Below are positions 45,836 to 54,800 of a stretch of 64,000 nt of DNA, in pieces. The position numbers were made by a program, and so were the translations under genes. The DNA is taken from NCBI GenBank assembly GCA_052034405.1, contig JBPOIO010000020.1, positions 9,699 through 73,698 of the forward strand, read 5' to 3'. The stretch comes from Candidatus Magasanikiibacteriota bacterium (lineage in GTDB: Bacteria; Patescibacteriota; Patescibacteriia; Magasanikbacterales; UBA922). How positions within the stretch are numbered: the first letter of the stretch is position 1; every line of letters begins with the position of its first letter. The notes below the pieces were generated by a model. That model saw only the letters and a list, made by a program, of their open reading frames with translations, was not told the DNA's origin and searched no databases.

Positions 45836-46072
45836 ATGTGGAAAGGATGTATCGGTCACAAGATAAGTGGCCTTCTCGTAGTCGTAGGAGCCCTCAATTG
45901 GGGACTCGTTGGAGCATTTGAGTGGAATCTCGTAAATGCCCTTTTGGGACAATGGGCTATGGTAGAACGTATTGTGTACGTTTTGGTGGGGCTTGCTGCG
46001 ATTATGATGATCGTAGGATGCCGATGCAAACAATGCAAAGCTTGCTGCAGTACTGATGCAAAAAAAATGTAG
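45836..46072 (+). CDS. DUF378-like small membrane protein
   Basis: GALNWGLVG...RIVYVLVGLAA, two TM helices. Start taken at the internal ATG. Confidence 0.45.
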   Translation: MWKGCIGHKISGLLVVVGALNWGLVGAFEWNLVNALLGQWAMVERIVYVLVGLAAIMMIVGCRCKQCKACCSTDAKKM

Positions 46073-46133
46073 TTCACTTGTCGTGGACAGGAAACCCTTG
46101 AGATTCTCGAGGGTTTTTTGTTGGAGGAGAATA

Positions 46134-46162
46134 TTGACGGTAGCGCTGCTTTGTAGTACAAT
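46134..46162 (+). promoter_or_regulatory. Sigma70 promoter TTGACG-17-TACAAT for tRNA-Thr(GGU)
   Basis: Hexamers with a 17-nt spacer, 19 nt upstream of the tRNA 5' end. Confidence 0.6.
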
Positions 46163-46180
46163 ATCTGCACTCTAAATAAT

Positions 46181-46256
46181 GCTGCCATAGCTCAGTTGGT
46201 AGAGCGCGGCCATGGTAAGGCCGAGGTCTCCAGTTCAATCCTGGATGGCAGCTCCA
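46181..46256 (+). tRNA. tRNA-Thr (anticodon GGU), CCA encoded
   Basis: Cloverleaf: acceptor GCTGCCA/TGGCAGC, anticodon arm CGGCC-ATGGTAA-GGCCG. Confidence 0.85.
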
Positions 46257-46260
46257 AAAT

Positions 46261-46287
46261 GAAAACCGCTCATTCAAGCGGTTTTTT
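46261..46287 (+). terminator. Rho-independent terminator; first copy of a direct repeat
   Basis: AAAACCGCT-CATTCA-AGCGGTTTTTT. Confidence 0.6.
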
Positions 46288-46337
46288 CATATATTATACG
46301 TTAAAATAGCATAAATGTTATACATATTAACGTATAA

Positions 46338-46366
46338 TTGACAAAAACATGTTAATATGATATAAT
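46338..46366 (+). promoter_or_regulatory. Consensus sigma70 promoter TTGACA-17-TATAAT for fic, flanked by an inverted repeat TATACGTTAA/TTAACGTATA
   Basis: Perfect hexamers. 10-bp IR arms at 46297-46306 and 46328-46337. Confidence 0.6.
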
Positions 46367-46396
46367 TTAAGCAGATTTATATTATACTCTATTTCT

Positions 46397-47269
46397 ATGA
46401 ATAAAATCAGCAAAGATCGAATTCAAGACCTCAAAGAACAATATGACCGTTTACGCATAGGTAAACAGGCTCTTTTGAAGCTTATTGATGAGTCTGAGAT
46501 AGCAGAAAATGTGTACAATTCCAATGCTATTGAAAATTCTACTTTGACACTCAAAGAAACCGAAAAGATTCTTCTTGAAATGGAAGTGTCACGGGATGTA
46601 AGTTTGCGTGAAGTTTTTGAAGCAAAAAATCTTGCTCGCGTTGTTGAATATATACGAGAAAAATCTGCAAATACTGAACTCGACAAAGAAGTGATCATGC
46701 TTTTACACAAAATGCTTATCAGCAATATCGATGACGATATTGCAGGAAGATTTCGCAAAAGCGGAGAGTATGTGCGAGTCGGTACACATATCGCCCCAGC
46801 GCCAGAACAAGTAGAAGGATTTATTGAAAGAGCACTGATTGAATACTCAAAAGATTTGGAAACATTTTTTTCAGACAAAGTAGCTCGTTTTCATTTGCGT
46901 TTCGAACACATACACCCTTTCTGTGATGGAAATGGAAGAATTGGACGAGTGCTTATAAATTATCAACTTCAACGTCTTGGTTTTCCATCTATTATTATTC
47001 GTGATAAAGAAAAACAAGTGTATTATCAAGCATTTCGAGATTTTGACGATAAAAATGTAATGAAAAGCATGGAACGAATTTTGGCTTTGTCTATTATGGA
47101 GTCTTTGCATAAAAGAATTGCGTATCTCAAAGGAGAAACTATTATCACTTTGAGTGAATATGCAAAAAATCAAGAAAAGTCTATTCATACATTGTTGAAT
47201 GCTGCTCGTCGACAAACAATTCCTGCTTTTCGAGAAAAAGGCGTTTGGAAAATTGGGGTTGAAGTATAA
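46397..47269 (+). CDS. fic: Fic-family protein (AMPylation/Doc fold)
   Basis: Canonical HPFCDGNGRIGR active-site motif. Confidence 0.8.
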   Translation: MNKISKDRIQDLKEQYDRLRIGKQALLKLIDESEIAENVYNSNAIENSTLTLKETEKILLEMEVSRDVSLREVFEAKNLARVVEYIREKSANTELDKEVIMLLHKMLISNIDDDIAGRFRKSGEYVRVGTHIAPAPEQVEGFIERALIEYSKDLETFFSDKVARFHLRFEHIHPFCDGNGRIGRVLINYQLQRLGFPSIIIRDKEKQVYYQAFRDFDDKNVMKSMERILALSIMESLHKRIAYLKGETIITLSEYAKNQEKSIHTLLNAARRQTIPAFREKGVWKIGVEV

Positions 47270-47308
47270 GTGCAGTTCTAACGTCACAGGTTATTCGGCT
47301 CACAAATT

Positions 47309-47336
47309 AAAACCGCTTATTTCAGCGGTTTTTTTA
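47309..47336 (+). terminator. Rho-independent terminator; second copy of the direct repeat
   Basis: AAAACCGCT-TATTTC-AGCGGTTTTTTT. Stem identical to the hairpin at 46261. Confidence 0.6.
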
Positions 47337-47422
47337 TGCTCAAGTCGCAGTTTTATACTTATTCACAATGTAACTTGTTTATATAATTATAAAATGTAGA
47401 CTATGGAAGTAACTTATATTGT

Positions 47423-47938
47423 ATGAACTTATATAAACAAAGCACATATGAAACTTGTTTGGCTGTAAGTCTTTTACATATATTAGATATTGTTCCAAAT
47501 AGAAAAAAAGAAATTGAGATTTGGCGGAAAGGATGGAATTTTAACTTTTTGGAAGGTCAACTCAATGCGGTGGTTGGTCAATATTCTGTTTCATTAAATG
47601 TTTTTGTGGGTAGTAAAATCTATGGAGAGTATCTTTGTTCCCATGTTTATTCGAATATTCATATTATCCATCAAAAAATTGATAGTAAATTTATTTTTTG
47701 TTTAGTAAAAGAAAAACCTATAATAGTGTATCTTGATAACTATTTTCTTCAAAAAAAACTTCATGCCCCTCATTTTGTTGTAGTTCTTGAAAGCACTCAA
47801 AAATGTTTGAAAATTTTTGATCCATGGGATGGACGAGAAAAACTTATTTCATTGAATACTTTTCAAAAAGGTGTGAAAAGTTTAGAAACCTATCTCAAAT
47901 TTAGTCCAATAGTTATACAAAGGACTGATTTAGGGTAG
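47423..47938 (+). CDS. C39-like / papain-fold cysteine peptidase domain protein (candidate)
   Basis: QSTYETCLAVSLLHIL (Gln...Cys), HFVVVLES (His) and FDPWDG (Asp) occur in C39 order and spacing. Confidence 0.4.
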   Translation: MNLYKQSTYETCLAVSLLHILDIVPNRKKEIEIWRKGWNFNFLEGQLNAVVGQYSVSLNVFVGSKIYGEYLCSHVYSNIHIIHQKIDSKFIFCLVKEKPIIVYLDNYFLQKKLHAPHFVVVLESTQKCLKIFDPWDGREKLISLNTFQKGVKSLETYLKFSPIVIQRTDLG

Positions 47939-47998
47939 ATAGACAAAATATATTCAATAAGTTACACTTATCTCATAAACTGAAATCTTTCACTATTT

Positions 47999-49060
47999 AT
48001 GAATACCGATGAAGTCGTTATAAAAGAGTCTTTAATTGATGGAAAAGGTATTTTTGCGTCCCGAAACTTTAAACAAGGAGAAGTGATTTTGCATTGGGAT
48101 ACTACTCAAGTTATAGATAAAAGTGAGTTAAAAAAACTTGATGAAGAAGAAAAAAAGTATATAACGCTCGTAAATGGTCAGTATACCAAAATGCAAGAAC
48201 CTGAAAAATTTGTAAATCACTCCTATAATCCCGATACTTACGTAAAAAATTTTTGTGATGTAGCTCTTCGAGATATTTCAGAAGGGGAGGAGATCACAAG
48301 TGACTATACTGATAGCTTACCTCCAAATACGGTGATACCGTGTAATTGTGGAAGTAAGCGTTGTAGAAAAGTTATTACCAATATGAAATTCTTATTACAA
48401 CAAAGTGATTTTGCCGCTATTCCATCACAAACTGAACGATTAGATGAACGGCACCAGACGAGCGAGCCAATGGAGATCGTCTGTTGTGGCCTGCCAATTC
48501 AAGTACTTAGTGGTGTATATAAAACTTCCGCAGATACGGAACTTATGGCAGACACAGTCAAAATTGAGCTTCACCAGACCTTTTTGGAAATAGGTTGTGG
48601 CACGGGTATAGTGTGTATCTCTTTGGCAAAAAAAGCTAAATCAGGAGTTGGAGTAGATATCAATAAACTTGCGGTTGAAAATAGTAAATTAAATTTTGCT
48701 CGACATAGTAGCATAAATAATGTTGAATTTTTGGAATCAAATCTTTTTGAAAATGTACAAGGACAATTTGACGTCATTATATGTAATCCACCATATAACA
48801 ACAATAATGCCAAAGATAATATAGATAAAATGTTTTGGGATGCAAAAGATGACATGAAACAACGTTTTTTCAAAGAAGTAGGGAACTATTTAAAAGAAAA
48901 TGGACGAATATATTTTGGTTGGGCCAACTTTGCAGATTTAGATCTCTATTTGCCATTTCGTTTAGCAGAAGAAAATGGATTTGAAGTGGTAGATGTTCAA
49001 AGTCGTCCTTCGAAGAGTAAAAATTGTTTATTTTATGTTTTTGAGTTTAGAAGAAAGTAA
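47999..49060 (+). CDS. SET domain fused to an NPPY-type class I methyltransferase (PrmC/HemK-like)
   Basis: N-terminal GKGIFA...NHSYNPDT...EEITSDY plus post-SET CNCGSKRCR. C-terminal LEIGCGTGI (motif I) and ICNPPY (motif IV). Confidence 0.7.
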   Translation: MNTDEVVIKESLIDGKGIFASRNFKQGEVILHWDTTQVIDKSELKKLDEEEKKYITLVNGQYTKMQEPEKFVNHSYNPDTYVKNFCDVALRDISEGEEITSDYTDSLPPNTVIPCNCGSKRCRKVITNMKFLLQQSDFAAIPSQTERLDERHQTSEPMEIVCCGLPIQVLSGVYKTSADTELMADTVKIELHQTFLEIGCGTGIVCISLAKKAKSGVGVDINKLAVENSKLNFARHSSINNVEFLESNLFENVQGQFDVIICNPPYNNNNAKDNIDKMFWDAKDDMKQRFFKEVGNYLKENGRIYFGWANFADLDLYLPFRLAEENGFEVVDVQSRPSKSKNCLFYVFEFRRK

Positions 49061-49075
49061 TCATAATTTTATTTT

Positions 49076-49663
49076 ATGGACCAGCAAAGACTACAACAAA
49101 TTATAGATTTCATGCGTGTTACGGATCAAATGAAGTTGATTTATCGAACCGTCGAAATATCTACCAATGAGCGTGGAGAAAGCGACGCCGAGCATTCTTG
49201 GCACTTGGCACTTTTGCTTATGTTACTCGAAAAAGATTTGCCACAAAATATTGATAAAATTAAACTCTATAAAATGCTTGTTATGCATGATATAGTAGAG
49301 ATTTATGCGGGAGATACACCACTTTACGACGATGTTGGAAGAATGGATAAAGCCCAGCGAGAGGCCGAGGCTGCTAAAAAATTATTTTGCCAACTTCCGG
49401 GAGATCTCAAAGAAGAGTTTTTTTCTTTATTTAACGAATTTGAAGCACGGGAAACATTGGAAGCAAAAATTGCAAAAGCGTTTGATAAAATTCATCCTCT
49501 TATTCAAAACTTGTGTTCGAACGGGACAGATTACAGAAATTTTCATGCTACTTATGACGATGAAAAACAGAGAATCGAAAAATATGTCGATTTTGATCCT
49601 ATTTTGAAGCAGATTTCGGACTTTCTTCTTGATGATGCAAAAAAATGTGGGTATATACAATAA
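49076..49663 (+). CDS. HD-domain phosphohydrolase (YfbR-like 5'-nucleotidase family)
   Basis: SWHLALL...MHDIVEIYAGD. Confidence 0.6.
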   Translation: MDQQRLQQIIDFMRVTDQMKLIYRTVEISTNERGESDAEHSWHLALLLMLLEKDLPQNIDKIKLYKMLVMHDIVEIYAGDTPLYDDVGRMDKAQREAEAAKKLFCQLPGDLKEEFFSLFNEFEARETLEAKIAKAFDKIHPLIQNLCSNGTDYRNFHATYDDEKQRIEKYVDFDPILKQISDFLLDDAKKCGYIQ

Positions 49664-49670
49664 AAATTTT

Positions 49671-50018
49671 ATGCAACATCAAATGAAACTTTTACCAGGA
49701 CCTTTTGAAAAAATAAAATTTGGATTCAAAATTATTGAAATTCGTCTTTTTGATGAAAAACGACAACAAATTCAGGTGGGTGATACGATTGAATTTTCAT
49801 TGTTACCTGACCTTACTGAAAAGATATTTGTTGAAGTCACTGGCCTTTTACGATATGCTTCTTTTCGTGATCTTATTGTTGGGTGTGGAATGGAGCCTTT
49901 TGGGTATTTAAGGGAATATCCGCAGGAAGATTTTTTACAAAGTATATATACGATTTATTCAAAAGAAGATGAAGAAAAATATGGGGTACTCGGTATTCAA
50001 ATAAAATTGTGTAATTAA
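49671..50018 (+). CDS. ASCH (PUA-like) domain protein
   Basis: Small beta-barrel pattern LLPGPFEKIKFGFKIIEIRLFD...VGDTIEF. Start taken at the ATG after the upstream stop. Confidence 0.4.
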   Translation: MQHQMKLLPGPFEKIKFGFKIIEIRLFDEKRQQIQVGDTIEFSLLPDLTEKIFVEVTGLLRYASFRDLIVGCGMEPFGYLREYPQEDFLQSIYTIYSKEDEEKYGVLGIQIKLCN

Positions 50019-50027
50019 ACCGAATAT

Positions 50028-50441
50028 ATGGAAAACAGACCAAAGGTAGGAGTGGGTGTTGTTATTATGAAAGATGGGAAAGTACTTTTAGGGAAGAGAA
50101 AAAATGCGCATGGGGAAGGTTCGTGGTGTTTTGCAGGAGGGCATTTGGAATATGGAGAATCATGGGAAGAGTGTGCAAGAAGAGAAGCTCTTGAAGAAAC
50201 TGGACTTACCATCAAAAATGTCCGTTTTGGTACTATCACCAATGATATTTTTGAAAAAGAACAAAAGCACTATATCACTCTTTATATGCTCTGTGAGCCA
50301 GATGTCGGTCAGGTGACTGTAATGGAACCAGAAAAATGCGAAGGGTGGGAGTGGTTCGACTGGGACAATTTACCTCGACCTCTTTTTATCCCGATTGAAA
50401 ATCTTTTGTCTATGGGATATAACCCATTTCAGTCAAAGTAA
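50028..50441 (+). CDS. NUDIX hydrolase
   Basis: Nudix box GGHLEYGESWEECARREALEETGL. Confidence 0.8.
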   Translation: MENRPKVGVGVVIMKDGKVLLGKRKNAHGEGSWCFAGGHLEYGESWEECARREALEETGLTIKNVRFGTITNDIFEKEQKHYITLYMLCEPDVGQVTVMEPEKCEGWEWFDWDNLPRPLFIPIENLLSMGYNPFQSK

Positions 50442-50496
50442 AATATACGTAGTTAAATATGTTAATTATTGTATTTAAAGATATTGTTCAATCACT

Positions 50497-51252
50497 ATGA
50501 AAATAGTTTCTTTAAACACCTGGGGAGGGCGAGCGAGTCTTGAAAATTTGTTACAATTTTTATGTTCTTATAGTGATGTGGATATTTTTTGTTTACAAGA
50601 AGTATGGGGTGGGGGCGAAGATACAGTAAGAAAGCTTTTTTCAGATGAAAATATAAATGAAGTAGAATGGAATCTTTTACAAAAAATAAAAATGGCGTTA
50701 CCAGGTTATAATGCTTATTTTCGTTGTAATTTTTTTGATTTTTTTGGGTTGGCTATATTTGTGAAAAAAGAAATTCATATACTAGAAGAAGGAGATGCCT
50801 TTGTTTATAACGAAAAGGGATATTTTTCAAAAGAAGAATTTGGCGATCATGCTCGCAATATTCAATATATCTGTATTGATACGAATGAAGGTCCTCGGAC
50901 TATTATTAATTTTCATGGTCTTTGGGATGCAATGGGAAAAGGAGATACAAAGAATCGTATATTACAATCTGAAAAAATTTTACAATTTGTAAAAACAATA
51001 CAGAATCCATTTGTTTTATGTGGAGATTTTAACTTGCTTCCAGATACACAGAGTATTCAAATTTTTGAGCAATATGGTCTTAGGAATTTAATTCGAGAGT
51101 ACAAAATAAATTCTACACGAACGAGTTTCTATACCAAGTCAGTGAAATTCGCCGATTATGCCTTTGTGAGTGAAGGTATTCAGGTTGTAAATTTTTTGGT
51201 ACTTCGAGATGAAGTTTCAGATCACTCTCCACTGCTTTTAGAATTTGAGTAA
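50497..51252 (+). CDS. Endonuclease/exonuclease/phosphatase (EEP) family protein
   Basis: LNTWGG...CLQEV...SDHSPL motifs. Confidence 0.7.
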   Translation: MKIVSLNTWGGRASLENLLQFLCSYSDVDIFCLQEVWGGGEDTVRKLFSDENINEVEWNLLQKIKMALPGYNAYFRCNFFDFFGLAIFVKKEIHILEEGDAFVYNEKGYFSKEEFGDHARNIQYICIDTNEGPRTIINFHGLWDAMGKGDTKNRILQSEKILQFVKTIQNPFVLCGDFNLLPDTQSIQIFEQYGLRNLIREYKINSTRTSFYTKSVKFADYAFVSEGIQVVNFLVLRDEVSDHSPLLLEFE

Positions 51253-51286
51253 ATATTTTAGAATAGTATATATACAATTTATATTT

Positions 51287-51715
51287 ATGGATAGCAATTA
51301 CAAAAAAGTACATTTTGGTATTTATGGTATCGCCCAAAAAGACGGAAAACTTTTGATGATCAAAAAATCTCGTGGTCCATATATTGGACTTCTCGATCTT
51401 CCAGGTGGAAGAATGGAAGAATGTGAGATGGTAGAAGAAACATTGATTCGTGAGTTGCAAGAAGAGACGTCGGCAACTGTCAAAAGCATGCAATTTTTTG
51501 ACTTTGCAGAATATAGGTGTGTATACGAAGAAAATGGCGAAACAAAATATTTTCACCATATTGGACTTTATTTTTTGCTAGATATTGAGGTTGAAAATTT
51601 GAAAGAAGGGGCTGATGGTCATGATTCAAATGGGGCCGAGTGGATTCCACTTCCACTTCACGAAAATATGATTGCTCCAATTTTGAAAAAACCTTTGAAA
51701 ATGTATTTAAAATAA
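51287..51715 (+). CDS. NUDIX hydrolase
   Basis: Nudix box GGRMEECEMVEETLIRELQEETS. Confidence 0.75.
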   Translation: MDSNYKKVHFGIYGIAQKDGKLLMIKKSRGPYIGLLDLPGGRMEECEMVEETLIRELQEETSATVKSMQFFDFAEYRCVYEENGETKYFHHIGLYFLLDIEVENLKEGADGHDSNGAEWIPLPLHENMIAPILKKPLKMYLK

Positions 51716-51724
51716 ATTTTTGTT

Positions 51725-52339
51725 ATGCCAGAACAAGAACAGTTACAAAATCCGGAGATCAAAGAAAAATATAATGGAAGTTATGGTATCGTTATAAAAC
51801 CAGATATCTCTACAGGAGAACAGTCTCTTCGACTCGCTAATGAATTAACTCCAAACGCCGAGTATAAAGTGACGGTTCCGCATCTCACACTGTATCATGG
51901 AAATATTTCTAATCTTCCACTCGACAAAGTTCAAGAAATTCTGAGGTCAACACAAGAAATGCTTCGCGATAACATTCACGATCTTCGAGATATTCAAGTC
52001 TTTGGTGGAAAATTTGTGTTCTGGGATGTTATCAAAAACAAGAGTATGCGGCAGGCACATGATATTGCCCTTGGACTTTCGAAATTTTTAGATAGGGAAA
52101 AACTTGCTCGTGCACTTCAGGAGGGTTTAAATCTTACTGAAGAACAAAGACTCAACATGGAACAATTTGGTCATCCATTGGTAGGTGATTTATATCGTCC
52201 TCATATAACTTTATCCTATGATTCTCAAGGAATAGTTTTGCCTGAAGATGTTCAATCATGTGATTGGCGCATGAATGTAAACAATGTTCATTTTGCTGAA
52301 ATTGGAAAATACGGAAGCGTCGCTAAAATTATTTTATAG
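51725..52339 (+). CDS. 2H phosphoesterase (LigT / 2'-5' RNA ligase-like)
   Basis: Two H-x-T/S-x motifs: PHLTLY and PHITLS. Confidence 0.6.
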   Translation: MPEQEQLQNPEIKEKYNGSYGIVIKPDISTGEQSLRLANELTPNAEYKVTVPHLTLYHGNISNLPLDKVQEILRSTQEMLRDNIHDLRDIQVFGGKFVFWDVIKNKSMRQAHDIALGLSKFLDREKLARALQEGLNLTEEQRLNMEQFGHPLVGDLYRPHITLSYDSQGIVLPEDVQSCDWRMNVNNVHFAEIGKYGSVAKIIL

Positions 52340-52365
52340 GAGTGTAAGGAATAGTATAAAGGCCT

Positions 52366-52947
52366 ATGTTGAAATTATTTAAAATTATAAAATATATACT
52401 TTTTACAGGTATTCTTGTTTGTGTTATTACTGCCACAGTGATTATTTGGGATGGGCTTCATGATAATATTCACCAAAATGATGCAATTGTAATATTGGGT
52501 AATAAAGTAGAATTGACAGGTAAACCTTCACCACGATTGTTGAGTCGATTGGAAAAAGGTTTTGAGTTGTATCAAAATAAAACAGCCCCACTCATCATAG
52601 TTACAGGTGGAACTGGGGTGGAAGGATTTGATGAAGCAAAAGTGATGAAACAATATCTTGTTGACAAGGGTGTTCCTGAAGATGTTGTATTTGTAGATTC
52701 TCAAGGAGTCGATACTTTTTCAAGTGCAAAAAATATACAGAAAATTGTGAAAGAGAGAAATATAAAGTCTGTATTGGTAGTAAGTAACTATTATCATATT
52801 TCTCGTACGGTTTTTGCTTTTAAAGAAAATAATATTCTTGAAGTATATTCGGCTCATGCCAATTTTTTTGAATGGAGAGATATGTTTTCAATACCTCGAG
52901 AAGTGCTTGTTTTTTATTTTTATATATGGAAACAAATAAACTCATAA
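52366..52947 (+). CDS. DUF218 (YdcF/ElyC/SanA-like) protein
   Basis: N-terminal TM helix; ILGNKV...IIVTGGTG...FVDSQGVDTF. Confidence 0.55.
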   Translation: MLKLFKIIKYILFTGILVCVITATVIIWDGLHDNIHQNDAIVILGNKVELTGKPSPRLLSRLEKGFELYQNKTAPLIIVTGGTGVEGFDEAKVMKQYLVDKGVPEDVVFVDSQGVDTFSSAKNIQKIVKERNIKSVLVVSNYYHISRTVFAFKENNILEVYSAHANFFEWRDMFSIPREVLVFYFYIWKQINS

Positions 52948-53645
52948 ATTTAAAATTTCGAAAATATTCTCTTTTAGAATTTTGGATATATTATGTTCTC
53001 TATACTCCTGCAATTTATGCAGCTGTATTGTTTTTTCTTTTTTTACTTTTGATTCTTGTTGATTTTGTTTTTGATTCTATTTTTAAATTTTCACTTATCC
53101 CATTTTTTGTATCAAAATATGCACAATCGTTGATTCCCAATAATGAATTTATTTTGGTTATATTTGGAGTTTTTCTTCTTTCTATTTTTATTGGACTCTT
53201 TGCAAAATTTTTCAAATCTTATAGAGCCGAGTGTGTGATTGATGAAAGCGCAAAAACTGTTTCTGTTCAGATAGATCAAAAACCATACAGTGATATAAAA
53301 TTTGTAAAAACTTTTTGGTATTTGCCCTTCGTATTATTCCGTACTCTTGGACGTGGTTTACGATTTTCGGTGTATGCTCTGTGGCTTCGCTATGAGACAA
53401 GGCAAGGAGAAAAAGGATATCTTCTTTTAGAAGATGGATCATTTCTTGATATAAAATTAAATTCTCGATATCAAAAAATTGTTGAGATGGAAGATTATGT
53501 GCATGTTATTTCGCTGTTTTTCAATTTGGGTTTTTTGACCGTTCCTCTCCATGCAAAATTTTTGCGTAGAAAAAAGTTTCTTTCTTGGTTTGTTTGGATT
53601 GTGTTGGGTATTTGTTTTGTTGTTTTGATCGTAACGAAGTTTTAG
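52926..53645 (+). CDS. Hypothetical membrane protein
   Basis: Multiple hydrophobic helices. Start uncertain (52872 or 52926); overlaps the previous gene. Confidence 0.35.
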   Translation: METNKLINLKFRKYSLLEFWIYYVLYTPAIYAAVLFFLFLLLILVDFVFDSIFKFSLIPFFVSKYAQSLIPNNEFILVIFGVFLLSIFIGLFAKFFKSYRAECVIDESAKTVSVQIDQKPYSDIKFVKTFWYLPFVLFRTLGRGLRFSVYALWLRYETRQGEKGYLLLEDGSFLDIKLNSRYQKIVEMEDYVHVISLFFNLGFLTVPLHAKFLRRKKFLSWFVWIVLGICFVVLIVTKF

Positions 53646-53670
53646 TTTTTATAGCGTATTCCATCTATTT

Positions 53671-54072
53671 TTGAAATATATGAGTGAAAGAAAAATGAGA
53701 GATGCATTTGGTATGGATATATTTTATCGCCCTCTTGAAAGAAATCGTGAGGAAATTATAAGAGCTATTGAAATTGCAAATACATCAGGATTTTCTATTC
53801 AAGTAGATTTTATTCTTTCGCCAGAAGTTCGTCCTGCATTACTCCAGATTTTGGCATATACAAATGAAAGGATTCTTTCTCTGACTCAGGTAGGAAAAAA
53901 TCTTTTAAAAAATATAGAGAATATTTCAGATGGTGATACAATTTCTTTAGAAATTTCCCCAAAGTTTGGTGATAAAAGTTTATTTCCGTATAAAAATAAG
54001 ATAGACTCTCTCGTAAAGATTTTGTTATCGTCAAGTCGATTAGAACTTAAAAAATCAAAACAGTACAAGTGA
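53671..54072 (+). CDS. Hypothetical protein
   Basis: 133-aa ORF with no recognisable motif, good coding density. Confidence 0.35.
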   Translation: MKYMSERKMRDAFGMDIFYRPLERNREEIIRAIEIANTSGFSIQVDFILSPEVRPALLQILAYTNERILSLTQVGKNLLKNIENISDGDTISLEISPKFGDKSLFPYKNKIDSLVKILLSSSRLELKKSKQYK

Positions 54073-54795
54073 TTTGATTTTTGAAAATTCTCGATGGGGT
54101 TCAAGAACATAAAATACTTTTGTATTCAAAAATGATTCTGAGAAAAATACAGATTTTTGAGGATCATTTGTATTGTCAGAAACTTTGGGAAAAGAGAGAG
54201 CAATTCCTTTTTCATTTTGTGAAAAACAGTAGCTGATACGATCGTTGTTCAAACTTTTTATATCTTGGTTGACAGAGTGTTCGTAGGGCTTTGAAAAATC
54301 AATAACAAGAATTGATTTTTTCCAAAACAAAAGAGTCCGAGTGAGTTCGAGACTTGTTTTGGATATCTGTATTTTGTAGGGAGAAAAATAATCCCAACGA
54401 AAAAAGATAAGAAGAGATTGGCCTATCGCTATAATGAGTACAATGCCCAAATAGGTCCAGAGTATAAAACTGGGTATTTGTGTGGCAAGAAATGTACTGA
54501 TGCTGTTTTCGGGTAAGAAGATTGGTTTTTCCATGAGCCAGTCAAGACAGAGGAGCAAAAATGCTCCACCGGCAAGGATACTGAGGATAAAAGAACTTGC
54601 AAATACAAAAGTAAATATGGATTTGAAAAAGGGAACTCTTAGTGCACGAACATATTTTTGACCATCGACTCCATAGGTAAAAATTGGACCTTGTTTGTTT
54701 TTTTCTCGTGCCTTGAAAATAAAAATATGGAGGTAGAGGACCAATAGAAAGCTGAGTCCCAGCAGACAAAGAAGTATGATTTTTGAAACTGTCAT
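54055..54795 (-). CDS. Hypothetical polytopic membrane protein
   Basis: Five or six TM helices. Confidence 0.4.
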   Translation of the reverse strand: MTVSKIILLCLLGLSFLLVLYLHIFIFKAREKNKQGPIFTYGVDGQKYVRALRVPFFKSIFTFVFASSFILSILAGGAFLLLCLDWLMEKPIFLPENSISTFLATQIPSFILWTYLGIVLIIAIGQSLLIFFRWDYFSPYKIQISKTSLELTRTLLFWKKSILVIDFSKPYEHSVNQDIKSLNNDRISYCFSQNEKGIALSFPKVSDNTNDPQKSVFFSESFLNTKVFYVLEPHREFSKIKSLVLF

Positions 54796-54800
54796 AAAAA

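Noticed and set aside
46074-46277. 67-aa minus-strand ORF
   Set aside because: Completely overlaps tRNA-Thr(GGU) and its promoter and terminator; a non-coding artefact.
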